A stretch of DNA of 64,000 bases from positions 292,809 to 356,808 of the forward strand of contig CAXXUH010000003.1 of the NCBI GenBank assembly GCA_963665405.2. Reading direction: 5' to 3'. This stretch comes from Dehalococcoidia bacterium (GTDB lineage: Bacteria; Chloroflexota; Dehalococcoidia; Lucifugimonadales; G963665405). The position numbers and the translations under genes are program-made. The number at the start of each line of letters is the position of its first letter. The stretch's first letter is position 1. Below, one piece after another: positions 7,268-19,057 of this stretch. The notes beneath the pieces are model-generated. The model was not told where the DNA came from and ran no database searches. It worked only from the letters and a program-made list of their open reading frames with translations.

Positions 7268-10054
7268 TCACTCCATATCGCCCCAGGTCAGGCCCTTCTT
7301 GAGATCGACCTTCAGGGGTACCACCAGCTCCATGGCGCCGGGCATCAGCGTGCTGGCCACCTCGGACATCTGCTCCATCTCGTCCGTGGGGACCTCGAAG
7401 ATCAGCTCGTCGTGCACCTGGACGATCATCTTCGAGCGCATCCCCGACGTCTCCAGGTGCTCGTGGATACGGATCATCGCGATCTTGATGATGTCGGCGG
7501 CGGTGCCCTGCATGGGCATGTTCACCGCCATCCTCTCCCCCGCCGACCTGACGTGGAAGTTGCTCGACCGGATCTCGGGAATGTAGCGCCTGCGTCCCAG
7601 GAGCGTCTCCACGTATCCTCGCTCCTTGACGTCCGCTTTGACCGAGTCGATATACGTCTTGATGCCGGGATACGTGCCGAAATAGGTCTCGATGAACGCC
7701 GCACCCTCCTCGGGGCTGAATCCGGTCTGCTGCCTGATACCGAAGGCGCTCAGCCCGTAGATGACACCGAAGTTCATTATCTTCGCGATACGACGCATAT
7801 CCGCGTCGACCTGGTCCACCTGTACTCCGTACACCGACGCCGCGGTCGCGGAGTGTATATCCTCGTTGTCGGCGAACGCCTTCACCAACCCGCCGTCCTT
7901 TGACAGGTGCGCCAGGACCCGCAGCTCTATCTGTGAGTAGTCGGCCGCGAGGAGCAGGTAGTCCCCCTGTCGGGCCACGAACGCTTTTCTGACGCGACGG
8001 CCCAGCTCGGTCCTGACCGGAATGTTCTGGACGTTCGGGTCGTTGCTCGACACCCTCCCTGTCGCCGATCCGGTCTGGTTGTAGCTCGTGTGAATGCGCC
8101 CGGTCCGAGGATCGACGAGTCCGGGCAGGGCGTCCACGTACGTCGACTTGATCTTGGAGACCTGCCGGTACTCGAGAATCTGGTCCAGCACCCCGTACGC
8201 CTTGGGGTCCACGTCGTCCACCTCGCCCTTGTCCAGCATCTGCTTGAGCCAATCGAGGGAGGCAGCGTCCGTGGAGTAGCCCTTCTGGGTCCTCTTGGTC
8301 GTTGGGAGCCTCAGCTCCTTGAAGAGGATGTCTCCAAGCTGCTGAGACGAGTTCAGGTTGAATGCGTGGCCGACCGCCTCGTAGACGGAGGCCTCGATGG
8401 ACGCCATCTGCGTCCCCAGCTCGCCGGACATGTCGACGAGCCGCTGTGAGTCCAGCGCGATGCCGGCGAGCTGCATCTGGACCAGTACCGGGACCAGTGG
8501 CATTTCGACGGTCTCGAACACCTTGAGCAGGCTCTTCTCCTCGAGCTCCTTACGCAGGCACTCCCAGAGTCTGAGGGTGACCTCCGCGTCCGCGGCCGCG
8601 TAAGGCGCCGCCTTCTCGATCGGCACAGCCGACATCGAGATCTGCTTCCGCCCCGTCCCGATCAGATCGGCTATCGGGGTCATCTCCTCCTGGAGGCAGT
8701 CCAGGGCGAGCGCCTTCAGACCGATAGCCTGTCTTCCGCCCAGGTGTGCCGCCACCATCGTGTCGGTGACCAAGTTAGTTACCGGGACGCCGTACCGCGC
8801 CAGGACGGTGATGTCGTAGTTCGCGTTGTGGGCCACCTTTCGGACTGACTCGCCCTGCATGAGCGACCTTATCCCGTCGACCACCCGATCCAGGGCCATC
8901 TGACCGTCCTCCTCGTGACCGACGGGCACGTACCATCCGTGCCCGGCAGCGTTCGAGAACGAGATCCCCACCAGGTCCGAGCCCGTGGCGCTGAGCGCCG
9001 AGGTCTCGGTGTCGAAGGCGAAGAGGTCCGATGACCGTAAGGACTCCGTCATCTCGCGAAGGGACTCGGGCGAGGTTACGACGACGGTCTCGACCTCGGG
9101 CCGACCGACCGACCCGGAATGCTTCTCCTCCGCCCCAGGCTCCTCCGGCGACTCGCCGGGAATCCTCCGCACCAGACTGAAGAACTCCAGGTCTCTCAGC
9201 AGCGCCACCACCTTGGACCGGTCGTATCCGCCGAACTTCGCGGCGTCGAGGTCCAGGGTTACCGGAGCGTCACGGGCGATCGTCGTGAGCCACCTTGCCT
9301 GCTTCGCGACCTCCTCGTTCTCCCGGAGACTCTCCTGAATCCTCGGCGGAGTGACCTCGTCCAGATGCCCGTACAGGCTCTCGATGCTTCCGAACTCGGA
9401 GATCAGCCGGATCGCCGTCTTGGAGCCGACGCCCGGGACTCCGGGGATGTTGTCCGACGTGTCGCCCTGAAGCCCCTTCAGGTCGGCCACGTGCTCGGGG
9501 CCAAGGCCGCCATACCGCTCGCGGACCATCGCTTCGTCGTAGACCGTCCGCTTCTGTACGCTGTAGCTGAGCACCACCCGAACCCACGGGGAGACGAGCT
9601 GCAGGGTGTCTGTGTCGCCGGTGAGGATGAGGGTCTCGACCTCGCGCTCCTCCGCCTGGCGGCCGAGGGTGCCGAGGAGGTCGTCGGCCTCGTAGCCGTC
9701 CAACTCGATGATCGGGATCTCCAGAACCCCCGCGACCTGCCGGACCCGGTCGAACTGAGCCGCCAGCTCCGGGGGCATAGGCGGACGCTGGGCCTTGTAC
9801 TCCTTGAACACCTCGTCTCGGAAGGTCGGGGCGGACGTGTCGAAGGTGAGGATGATATGGGTCGGGTGCCAGTCGGCGAGGGCACGGAGCAGGCTGTTCA
9901 GGAACCCGTAGACCGCGCGGACCTCCTCGCCGGTGCTCCTGATGTTCAGCGGCTCCCGGATGGCGTGCCAGGCCCGGTAGACCAGGGCATGACCGTCCAG
10001 AAGCATCAGCAACGGCCGCTCCGCGAGCATCGACTTCGTGCCGTCATTGGCCAT
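7268..10054 (-). CDS. polA: DNA polymerase I
   Basis: 928-aa ORF. It has a 5'-3' exonuclease N-terminus (LLDGHALVYRAWHA), a 3'-5' exonuclease-like middle and Pol A motifs (DYSQIELRVLAH, QVHDELIFE). Confidence 0.95.
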   Translation of the reverse strand: MANDGTKSMLAERPLLMLLDGHALVYRAWHAIREPLNIRSTGEEVRAVYGFLNSLLRALADWHPTHIILTFDTSAPTFRDEVFKEYKAQRPPMPPELAAQFDRVRQVAGVLEIPIIELDGYEADDLLGTLGRQAEEREVETLILTGDTDTLQLVSPWVRVVLSYSVQKRTVYDEAMVRERYGGLGPEHVADLKGLQGDTSDNIPGVPGVGSKTAIRLISEFGSIESLYGHLDEVTPPRIQESLRENEEVAKQARWLTTIARDAPVTLDLDAAKFGGYDRSKVVALLRDLEFFSLVRRIPGESPEEPGAEEKHSGSVGRPEVETVVVTSPESLREMTESLRSSDLFAFDTETSALSATGSDLVGISFSNAAGHGWYVPVGHEEDGQMALDRVVDGIRSLMQGESVRKVAHNANYDITVLARYGVPVTNLVTDTMVAAHLGGRQAIGLKALALDCLQEEMTPIADLIGTGRKQISMSAVPIEKAAPYAAADAEVTLRLWECLRKELEEKSLLKVFETVEMPLVPVLVQMQLAGIALDSQRLVDMSGELGTQMASIEASVYEAVGHAFNLNSSQQLGDILFKELRLPTTKRTQKGYSTDAASLDWLKQMLDKGEVDDVDPKAYGVLDQILEYRQVSKIKSTYVDALPGLVDPRTGRIHTSYNQTGSATGRVSSNDPNVQNIPVRTELGRRVRKAFVARQGDYLLLAADYSQIELRVLAHLSKDGGLVKAFADNEDIHSATAASVYGVQVDQVDADMRRIAKIMNFGVIYGLSAFGIRQQTGFSPEEGAAFIETYFGTYPGIKTYIDSVKADVKERGYVETLLGRRRYIPEIRSSNFHVRSAGERMAVNMPMQGTAADIIKIAMIRIHEHLETSGMRSKMIVQVHDELIFEVPTDEMEQMSEVASTLMPGAMELVVPLKVDLKKGLTWGDME

Positions 10055-10150
10055 AACCGTATCCCAGGCTCGTCATGAGGGGATTATACACGCGCGTGCA
10101 GATTAGACGGACCGAGACCAGATAAAGCATTTCTTCGTCGATCGTGTCCA

Positions 10151-10445
10151 GCAAGACGATGATGGGGGTTGAGGTCCCGACAAGTCGGGATTGCCGGGAG
10201 TCTGAGGGTGTCCCTCAGATATAATTTCTCCCCCCTTCATGACTGGGGGGCCCAGGGGGATCCCCTGAACCGCGAAGTCGAGCTCATGCGTTGAGGCCTA
10301 GCAAGACGATGAAACATGGGGAGTGCAGAGGGGTGAAGCCCCTTTGCCGGGAGTCTGAGGGTTTCCCTCAGATACGATTTTTCCCCCCTTCCTGGCCAGG
10401 AAGGGGGCCAGGGGGATGGTCGAAAGGGTTTCCGACACCCTGCCG
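10151..10445. repeat. Two tandem composite stacked-hairpin repeat copies
   Basis: AGCAAGACGATGA leaders at about 10151 and about 10300. Each is followed by hairpin modules including GAGTCTGAGGGT(G/T)TCCCTCAGA and CCTTCCTGGCCAGGAAGGGGGCCAGGGGGATGGTCGAAAGG. Confidence 0.8.
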
Positions 10446-10504
10446 GGACTCATTCGGCGACGTCAGGCATTTCGTCTCCCGATCAGCGTATTCGAAACGC
10501 CGGT

Positions 10505-11926
10505 TTACACCCCCGCTAACCCCCGCAGCTCCCCGAGGATGGTCTGAGCCTCCTCGGGCGACTCGGCCTCCGCGTAGAGGCGCAGGAGGGGCTCGGTGCC
10601 GGAGAAGCGCACAAGTCCCCAATAGCCGCCGTCGAGGACGAACCTTACGCCGTCCGCCGTCTCTAGGTCCTCGACTCGGTGAGACCCGAGCTTCTTCGGA
10701 TGCGCAGCGTCGATCCGCCCGGCGATCTGCTCCCGATCCCGCTCCGGGAAGTTTACGTCCCACCGATCGTAGAAGTGCGGACCGACCTTGCCATGGAGAT
10801 CCGCCAGTAGCTGCGACACCGACTTGCCCGTCTTCACCATCATGTCTAGGACCATCAGGCCGCTGAGGATGCCGTCGCGCTCGGGGATGTGACCCTTGAA
10901 GGCGTATCCTCCGCTCTCCTCCCCGGCGGCCAGCGCGTCCTCTCGCATCATCACCGGCCCGAGGTACTTGAACCCCACGGGCGTAACGAAGACCGGCACG
11001 CCGTAGAGCTCGCCGAGCCGGTCCACCATGCTCGTCATCGTCAGGGAACGGACGAGGGGTCCCCGGCGCCCCAGCACTTCGAGCTGGTACATGCAGAGCA
11101 GCGCGAACGTCTCCAGCGTCGTGATGAACCGGCCGGTCTCGTCGACGACGCCCAGCCGGTCGGCGTCGCCGTCGGTGGCGAGCCCGACGCTTGCCCTCCG
11201 CCTGCGGATCGTGGAGATGAGCCCGTGCAGGTTGTGGGCGAGAGGCTCGGGTTGGGACATGCCCGGAAACGCCGGGTTCCGTCCGCCGCGCAGCTGCGAG
11301 ACCCGGGTGTCGCCGCCCGACAGGAGCCTGGTGTAATAGCCGGACCCCGTCCCGTACATCGAATCCACCAATACCCGAAGCCCGGCGCGCCTGATGGCCC
11401 CGATGTCGACGAGGGAGGCGAGCTGCTTTTTGTAGCCCTCCTCGAGAGCCACGAGCTTGACGGCACCGCTGGCCTCGGCGTCGGCCAGCTCCATGCGGCG
11501 TACGGTTTGGGCGGCCTCCGCGCCGGCGATGTTCCGCTCGAGCCGCTCGACAAGCTCCGGCGACGCGCTGCCGCCATAGTCGGGTTTGTACTTGTAGCCG
11601 TTCCATTGCGGCGGATTGTGGCTCGCCGTTATGACGACCCCGCCCCCGGCGCCTCTGCTGACCACCGCGTAGCTGACCGCGGGGGTCGGCGCGGGCTTGT
11701 CCCCGAGAAAGGTCGTGACGCCGTTGGCGGCGGTGACCTCCGCGACGGCTGCGGCGAACTCGCCGGAGCCGAAGCGCGTGTCGTAGCCGATGACCACGCC
11801 CCGGTCCTCAAAGCCCTGATCGATGAGGAGCTCCGCGGTCCCCTGAGCGCAGAGCCGGACGTTGCCGAAGGTGTACTCCTCGGCAATTACGGCCCGCCAG
11901 CCGTCTGTGCCGAACTTTATCGCCAT
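10505..11926 (-). CDS. Phosphoglucomutase/phosphomannomutase family (alpha-D-phosphohexomutase)
   Basis: MAIKFGTDGWRA N-terminus, active-site TASHNP, metal loop DGDADR. Confidence 0.9.
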   Translation of the reverse strand: MAIKFGTDGWRAVIAEEYTFGNVRLCAQGTAELLIDQGFEDRGVVIGYDTRFGSGEFAAAVAEVTAANGVTTFLGDKPAPTPAVSYAVVSRGAGGGVVITASHNPPQWNGYKYKPDYGGSASPELVERLERNIAGAEAAQTVRRMELADAEASGAVKLVALEEGYKKQLASLVDIGAIRRAGLRVLVDSMYGTGSGYYTRLLSGGDTRVSQLRGGRNPAFPGMSQPEPLAHNLHGLISTIRRRRASVGLATDGDADRLGVVDETGRFITTLETFALLCMYQLEVLGRRGPLVRSLTMTSMVDRLGELYGVPVFVTPVGFKYLGPVMMREDALAAGEESGGYAFKGHIPERDGILSGLMVLDMMVKTGKSVSQLLADLHGKVGPHFYDRWDVNFPERDREQIAGRIDAAHPKKLGSHRVEDLETADGVRFVLDGGYWGLVRFSGTEPLLRLYAEAESPEEAQTILGELRGLAGV

Positions 11927-11948
11927 GGGCCGTGCAGCCGGTTGTCGA

Positions 11949-13205
11949 TCATGAGACGCGTGAGTCGGCGTCGGTGGCGGGCTGCTGCTCTCCCACGAAC
12001 CCCTCGCGTCTGAGGACCGCGGCCTTGTCGGTGCGCTCCCAGGGCAGGTTCAGGTCGTCCCGTCCGAAGTGGCCGTAAGTCGCGGTCTGCTTGTAAATCG
12101 GCGCGCGCAGGCCGAGATCCCTTATGATAGCCCCCGGCCTCAGGTCGAAGTGCTTGTCGATCAGCTTGACGATCGTGTCGTCCGGCACCTTGTTCGTTCC
12201 GAACGTCTCGATGGAGATCGAGGTGGGTCTGGCCATGCCGATGGCGTAGGAAACCTGAAGCTCTATACGGTCGACGAGACCGGCGGCCACCAGGTTCTTG
12301 GCGACGTGGCGGGCGGCGTAGGCCGCCGAGCGGTCCACCTTCGTCGGGTCTTTGCCGGAGAAGGCGCCTCCGCCGTGGCGCGCCGCCCCGCCATACGTGT
12401 CCACAAGGATCTTACGGCCCGTCAGGCCGGTGTCGCCGACCGGGCCACCGATGACGAACCGGCCGGACGGGTTTACCACGTACTTCGTGTTCTTGTCGGT
12501 AAGCGACTTTGGGATGACGTGGTTGGCGACCTCTTCGATCAGGTCGCGCCTGATTACGGACTGGCTCACCTCCGGGTTGTGCTGGGTGCTCAGCACCACC
12601 GTGTCCACCCGCTTGGGAACGCCGTACTCGTACTCCACGGTCACCTGCGACTTGCCGTCGGGGCGCATGTACGGCAGGATCCTGTCCTTCCGCACGTCCG
12701 CCATGCGCTTGCAGAGCCGGTGCGAAAGCGAGATGGGCAGCGGCATCAGCTCGGGTGTCTCGGTACACGCGAAGCCGACCATCATTCCCTGATCCCCCGC
12801 ACCGAGCGAGTCCTCGTCGGTGCCGTCCCCGTCGTCGAGATCCCTCACCTCCACCGACTTGGACACCCCGGTGCCGATGTCGTGCGACTGGCTGTGGATG
12901 GAGACCACCACCCCGCAGGCCTGGTAGTCGAAGCCGTACTTTGAGTCGACATACCCCGCGTCCCTCAGCGTATGCCGGACCACGGCCGGGATGTCGACGT
13001 ACGTCTCGGTCGTGATCTCTCCCATGACCATCACCAGCCCGGTCGTGGTGACGACCTCGCAGGCCACCCGGGCCTCCGGGTCGCTGGCCAGGATAGAGTC
13101 GAGCACCGCGTCCGAGATCTGGTCGCACAGCTTGTCCGGATGACCCTCCGTCACCGACTCCGACGTGAAGAGGTAGGATGGTGAATCTGTGAAGCTAAAC
13201 GGCAT
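11949..13205 (-). CDS. metK: S-adenosylmethionine synthetase
   Basis: [28 protein letters not shown] and [16 protein letters not shown] signatures. Confidence 0.95.
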   Translation of the reverse strand: MPFSFTDSPSYLFTSESVTEGHPDKLCDQISDAVLDSILASDPEARVACEVVTTTGLVMVMGEITTETYVDIPAVVRHTLRDAGYVDSKYGFDYQACGVVVSIHSQSHDIGTGVSKSVEVRDLDDGDGTDEDSLGAGDQGMMVGFACTETPELMPLPISLSHRLCKRMADVRKDRILPYMRPDGKSQVTVEYEYGVPKRVDTVVLSTQHNPEVSQSVIRRDLIEEVANHVIPKSLTDKNTKYVVNPSGRFVIGGPVGDTGLTGRKILVDTYGGAARHGGGAFSGKDPTKVDRSAAYAARHVAKNLVAAGLVDRIELQVSYAIGMARPTSISIETFGTNKVPDDTIVKLIDKHFDLRPGAIIRDLGLRAPIYKQTATYGHFGRDDLNLPWERTDKAAVLRREGFVGEQQPATDADSRVS

Positions 13206-13271
13206 TTCTTGCTCCTTCTGCTATCTTCGCCACCCCGACTCGTCGGGGCTCCCCGGGCATGGCAAAGAGGT

Positions 13272-14552
<1,281 letters not shown>

Positions 14553-14674
14553 CTAGTCTAGGCTTCCAGAACCGGCCGGTGGCCGCGTCGCCAACCGACA
14601 ATCCGGAACGCCCCCCTGCAGGGGGGGAAGTTATGTCTGCCGGACACCCCTCATCCGCATTTGCTTGGCGGCAG

Positions 14675-15625
14675 TCAAGCGCCTTGTCGCTGGGGCAGCG
14701 ACACGCCGTTGCCGAGAGGCGGGAACTGGGACAGAGCCGTATACGCCCTGAAGCGCGAATCGATCTCCGAGTGGATCAGAGAGGCCAGCCGGTCGAGGCT
14801 GAAGCTCTCCACCGTAAAGGAACCCATGACCGTCCCGAGCACGGCCGCGCGGCGGAACCCGCCCGGGCTCAGGTCTCCGGTGGCCGCCAGATAGCCCATG
14901 AAGCCTCCGGCGAACGAGTCTCCCGCTCCGGTCGGATCGACGACCGACTCCAGCGGAAACGCCGGGGCCGCGAAGATCTCCTCGCCGTGGAAGAGCAGCA
15001 CCCCGTGCTCGCCCCGCTTGATGACCACGGTCCGCGGTCCGAGGGCCTGGATCGACCGGGCCGCCTTGATCAGGTTGACCTCCCCGGCGAGCTGCCGCGC
15101 CTCACCCTCGTCGACGAATAGGAGGTCGACCGAGCCCACAACCTCGGTCAACCCGTCGGGCTTGATGTCGATCCAGAAGTTCATCGAGTCCAGCGCCACC
15201 AGCGCCGGCCGCTCCTCCATCTGTCGCAGGACGTCTAGCTGGAGGCCGGGATCGATGTTGGCGAGAAACAGATAGGGCAGCCGCCGATGATCGGGAGTGA
15301 GCGAAGGGGCGAAGTCGCCGAAGACGTTTAGCTGCGTGTCCAGAGTCTCCCTGGTGTTGAAGTCCTCCATCCCGTAGACGCCCGACCAGCGAAACGTCGC
15401 GCCCTTCGCCCGCGCCAGGCCGGACGTGTCGACGCCGTGCGACGTCAGAAGCTCCACATGCTCGGCGAGGAAGTCGTCCCCGACCACGGCGACGACGCTT
15501 ACACTCGTAAAGTAGCTGCTTGCCACTGAGAAATATGCGGCGGAGCCGCCGAGCGCGTCCTCCCGGCTCCCGGCGTGGGTCTTGACGGAATCGTACGCGA
15601 CCGACCCCACGACGAGTACGGACAT
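14675..15625 (-). CDS. PfkB-family carbohydrate/nucleoside kinase (probable adenosine kinase by context)
   Basis: PfkB signature DPTGAGDSFAGGF near the C-terminus. Sits between ahcY and the mtn genes. The substrate is an inference from context only. Confidence 0.75.
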   Translation of the reverse strand: MSVLVVGSVAYDSVKTHAGSREDALGGSAAYFSVASSYFTSVSVVAVVGDDFLAEHVELLTSHGVDTSGLARAKGATFRWSGVYGMEDFNTRETLDTQLNVFGDFAPSLTPDHRRLPYLFLANIDPGLQLDVLRQMEERPALVALDSMNFWIDIKPDGLTEVVGSVDLLFVDEGEARQLAGEVNLIKAARSIQALGPRTVVIKRGEHGVLLFHGEEIFAAPAFPLESVVDPTGAGDSFAGGFMGYLAATGDLSPGGFRRAAVLGTVMGSFTVESFSLDRLASLIHSEIDSRFRAYTALSQFPPLGNGVSLPQRQGA

Positions 15626-15979
15626 CTACGGGTCTGCCCCATGGCTCGTCGGATGCCCCTTTTCGATCCACGCGGCGGTCCCCTCCTCCACGTTGTAGAG
15701 CGTCTCCTGGTCGAAGCCCATCGCCGCGGCCATCTCGCAGGCCAGGCCGCTCCTGACGCCCTGAGCGCAGATGAACAGCAGCTTCTTCCCGGTCGGCAGC
15801 TCGTCGATGCGCGCGAGAACGTCGTCCACCGTGATGAACAACGCGTCTTTCACATGACCCTCGGCATACTCGTCCGGCCGTCGGACGTCGACGAAGGCAA
15901 CGTCGTCCCGGCCGTACATCTCCGCGGCCTCGCCGATGCTGATGCGGTAGTAGGCTTCGCCCTCGTTTCTCGTTGGCAT
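15626..15979 (-). CDS. Rhodanese-like domain protein
   Basis: 117 aa. Rhodanese fold pattern FVDVRRPDEYAEGHV and active-site loop CAQGVRS. Stop/start abutment with both neighbours. Confidence 0.8.
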   Translation of the reverse strand: MPTRNEGEAYYRISIGEAAEMYGRDDVAFVDVRRPDEYAEGHVKDALFITVDDVLARIDELPTGKKLLFICAQGVRSGLACEMAAAMGFDQETLYNVEEGTAAWIEKGHPTSHGADP

Positions 15980-16847
15980 CTATCTCTCCTCGAGTGCCGG
16001 CGCCAGATATTTCCCGACGATGGGGAGCAGGCGCTCGACCGCGCTCCGCGAGATCCGCTCCGGTGCCGTCACGATCGCCCCCTCTAGCGCGGATCCACAG
16101 TCACATTGTCGGTCCAAGGGGATGGCGCCGGCAACCTTTCGTACCATCTCTCGCGAGGTCTCCACGTTCCTCGTCATGTTCTCCACGATAAGCTCGACCG
16201 AGACCTGCTCCTCGCTATAGTGCCAGGTGTCGTAGTCGGTCACCAGGGCCATGCTCGCGTAGCATATCTCGGCCTCGCGCGCCAGCTTCGCCTCGGGCAG
16301 CGCGGTCATGCCGATCAGACCCGCGCCCCACGACCGGTACATCTCCGACTCCGCCCTCGTCGAGAACTGCGGTCCTTCGATGACGACGAACGTTCCGCCG
16401 TCATGAGCCGTCGTGCCCTGGGCGCGGGCCGTCTCCGTCAAGATACTCCTCAGCTCCGGGCAAAAGGGATCGGCGAACCCGACGTGGGCGACGATCCCGT
16501 CGCCGAAGAAGGTGTTCACCCGGTTCCTGGTCCGGTCGATTATCTGGTCGGGGACCACCACGTCCAGCGGCCGGAAGTCCTCCCTCAGGCTCCCGACAGC
16601 CGTGATCGAGACGATGCGCTCCACTCCCAGGCTCTTCAGGGCGTAGATGTTCGCCCTCGCCGGAATCTCGGTTGGAGACAGGCGGTGCCCCCGGCCGTGC
16701 CGGGGGAGGAACGCGACCCTGGACCCGGCCAGGTCCCCCGTGACGATCGCGTCGCTGGGCTTCCCAAAGGGAGTGTCGACGACCGACTCTTCCAGATCGG
16801 TCAGGCCGTCCATCTCGTATAGGCCCGACCCTCCGATGAACGCGACC

Positions 16848-16861
<14 letters not shown>
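15980..16861 (-). CDS. mtnP: S-methyl-5'-thioadenosine phosphorylase
   Basis: IGGSGLY phosphate loop, FLPRHGRGH, TAVGSLRE and MTALPEAKLAREAE motifs. The ORF extends to 16939, but TTG 16861 gives the usual short N-terminus (M-AGARVAFIGGSG) and a 14-nt overlap with mtnA. The start is tentative. Confidence 0.85.
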
Positions 16862-17915
<1,054 letters not shown>

Positions 17916-18010
17916 GGGGTCTCTTCACACTAGGGAACGTCCGGGGGCGTCCGAGCGGCGTCCTGCCTGGGGTGGGACCTCGTTCCACGATCACGGGACG
18001 AGGCCGGTCT

Positions 18011-18045
18011 CAAAACAAAGACTTCTCTGGATGAGAGAAGTCTTT
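18011..18045 (-). terminator. Intrinsic terminator forming the riboswitch expression platform
   Basis: The minus strand reads AAAGACUUCUCU-CAUCC-AGAGAAGUCUUU followed by GUUUUG. The 5' arm overlaps sequence complementary to the aptamer P1 3' strand (GAUGAGAG), as expected for an OFF switch. Confidence 0.8.
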
Positions 18046-18060
18046 CGGTCGAAGATCTCG

Positions 18061-18176
18061 CTCTCATCTCCCGAGCAATTTGGGCTCGCCGGAATTGGCA
18101 CCGTATCGCGCGCCTGGGCGCCACGACCGGTTGCCGGGCTTCGAAGGGCCGGTCCCTCCGCCTCTCTGGATAAGAG
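18061..18176 (-). promoter_or_regulatory. SAM-I (S-box) riboswitch aptamer
   Basis: The minus strand reads CUCUUAUCCAGAGAGGCGGAGGGACCGGCCCUUCGAAGCCCGGCAACC...GGUGCCAAUUCCGGCGAGC...GCUCGGGAGAUGAGAG. It shows the P1 pairing CUCUUAUC/GAUGAGAG and the conserved AGAGNGGCNGAGGGA, GCAACC and GGUGCCAAUUCC cores. It lies about 145 nt upstream of mtnA. Confidence 0.9.
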
Positions 18177-18262
18177 TCTCTACTATTCAGATGTGTTCGG
18201 CTGCTCCGCTTCGGGGGGCCCTCCGTCTCTCGTGGTCGGCTTTCCGCGCATAAAACGGAAAA

Positions 18263-18291
18263 ATGCTACTATGGCCCGCCCGCAGTGTCAA
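18263..18291 (-). promoter_or_regulatory. Putative sigma-70-type promoter for the riboswitch-led operon
   Basis: The minus strand has TTGACA (18286-18291), a 17-nt spacer, and TAGCAT (18263-18268). It lies about 85 nt upstream of the aptamer. Confidence 0.4.
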
Positions 18292-18369
18292 GGCGCGCCC
18301 GCTCTGCCGACGAGCTCGCCCACCCTGTTAGTTAATCGGAGCCGGGACAAACAAAACCGACGCTAGCAG

Positions 18370-18745
18370 AATGACAAGAAGTCGGGATTGCCGGTCCTTC
18401 CGCGGAAGGATGAGGGCCTCCGTTGTCATTCTGAGCGAAGAGAAGAATCTGGGGAGGCGGAAGGCCCCCCATGCGTACGCCGATTAGGCCCCACCCCAAA
18501 ATAGAGAGGTATATGATTTCTGAGGGACACCCTCAGACTCCCAGCAGAGGGGTCGAGCCCCTCTGCACACCCCCTGCCGTTGTCATTCTGCGCCACCAAC
18601 AACAAAGCCTTGAAACACTCACAGGCTCTGAGCGAATAGAAGAATCTGGAGCGGGGTCTAAACCTCGGTCGTAGGGGCGCACGGCCGTACGCCCGAGAGT
18701 CTCCTTCAGAACTGGTTTCTCCCCCCTTCCTGGCCATGTACGGAC
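18370..18745. repeat. Stacked-hairpin repeat cluster, including the only inverted-orientation copy
   Basis: GTCGGGAT and GTCATTCTGAGCGAAGAGAAGAATCTGG modules. An inverted copy TCTGAGGGACACCCTCAGACTCCCAGCAGAGGGGTCGAGCCCCTCTGCAC lies at about 18517-18570. Confidence 0.75.
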
Positions 18746-18751
18746 CGGGGA

Positions 18752-18945
18752 CAGGGGCTTTTCAAAGTCCGGCAGTTGGCCATCCAGCGGTCGTTCCACG
18801 CCTCCGACTTTCCTGCGCGTAGGAGCCCACGGGGCACGCGCTAGGCCCCGGCCGGGGGTTCCGAAGGGGGCAGAGCCCCCTTTGCGGGGTTTGGGGTGCC
18901 CCCAAACTACAGGGCGGGCGGGTGGGAAAGAGACAGGCACGCTAA
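18752..18945 (+). mobile_element. MITE copy M4 (3'-truncated)
   Basis: Left TIR CAGGGGCTTTTC and a shared interior (TTGGCCATCCAGCG...CCGGCCGGGGGTTCCGAAGGGGGCAGAGCCCCCTTTGCGGGGTTTGGGGTGCCCC...GGGCGGGCGGGTGGG). No right TIR. It is followed by an ATGATGCTTCGCTCATCGAG module. Confidence 0.6.
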
Positions 18946-19057
18946 AGGGGCTGGAAGGGGCCAGGTCCAATGATGCTTCGCTCATCGAGACTCTCGATGC
19001 CCCGATTCATCGGGGCGTATCGGAGGGGACGGTCGAAAGGGCTTCGTGAACACCCTG

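Noticed and set aside
18180-18260. Possible second (tandem) SAM-I aptamer upstream of the clear one (GAGAGACGGAGGGCCCCCCGAAGCGGAGCAGCC).
   Set aside because: The resemblance is only partial and limited to the AGAGNGGCNGAGGG segment. I found no P1 pairing, no GCAACC and no GGUGCYAAUUCC core. It is more likely leader sequence.
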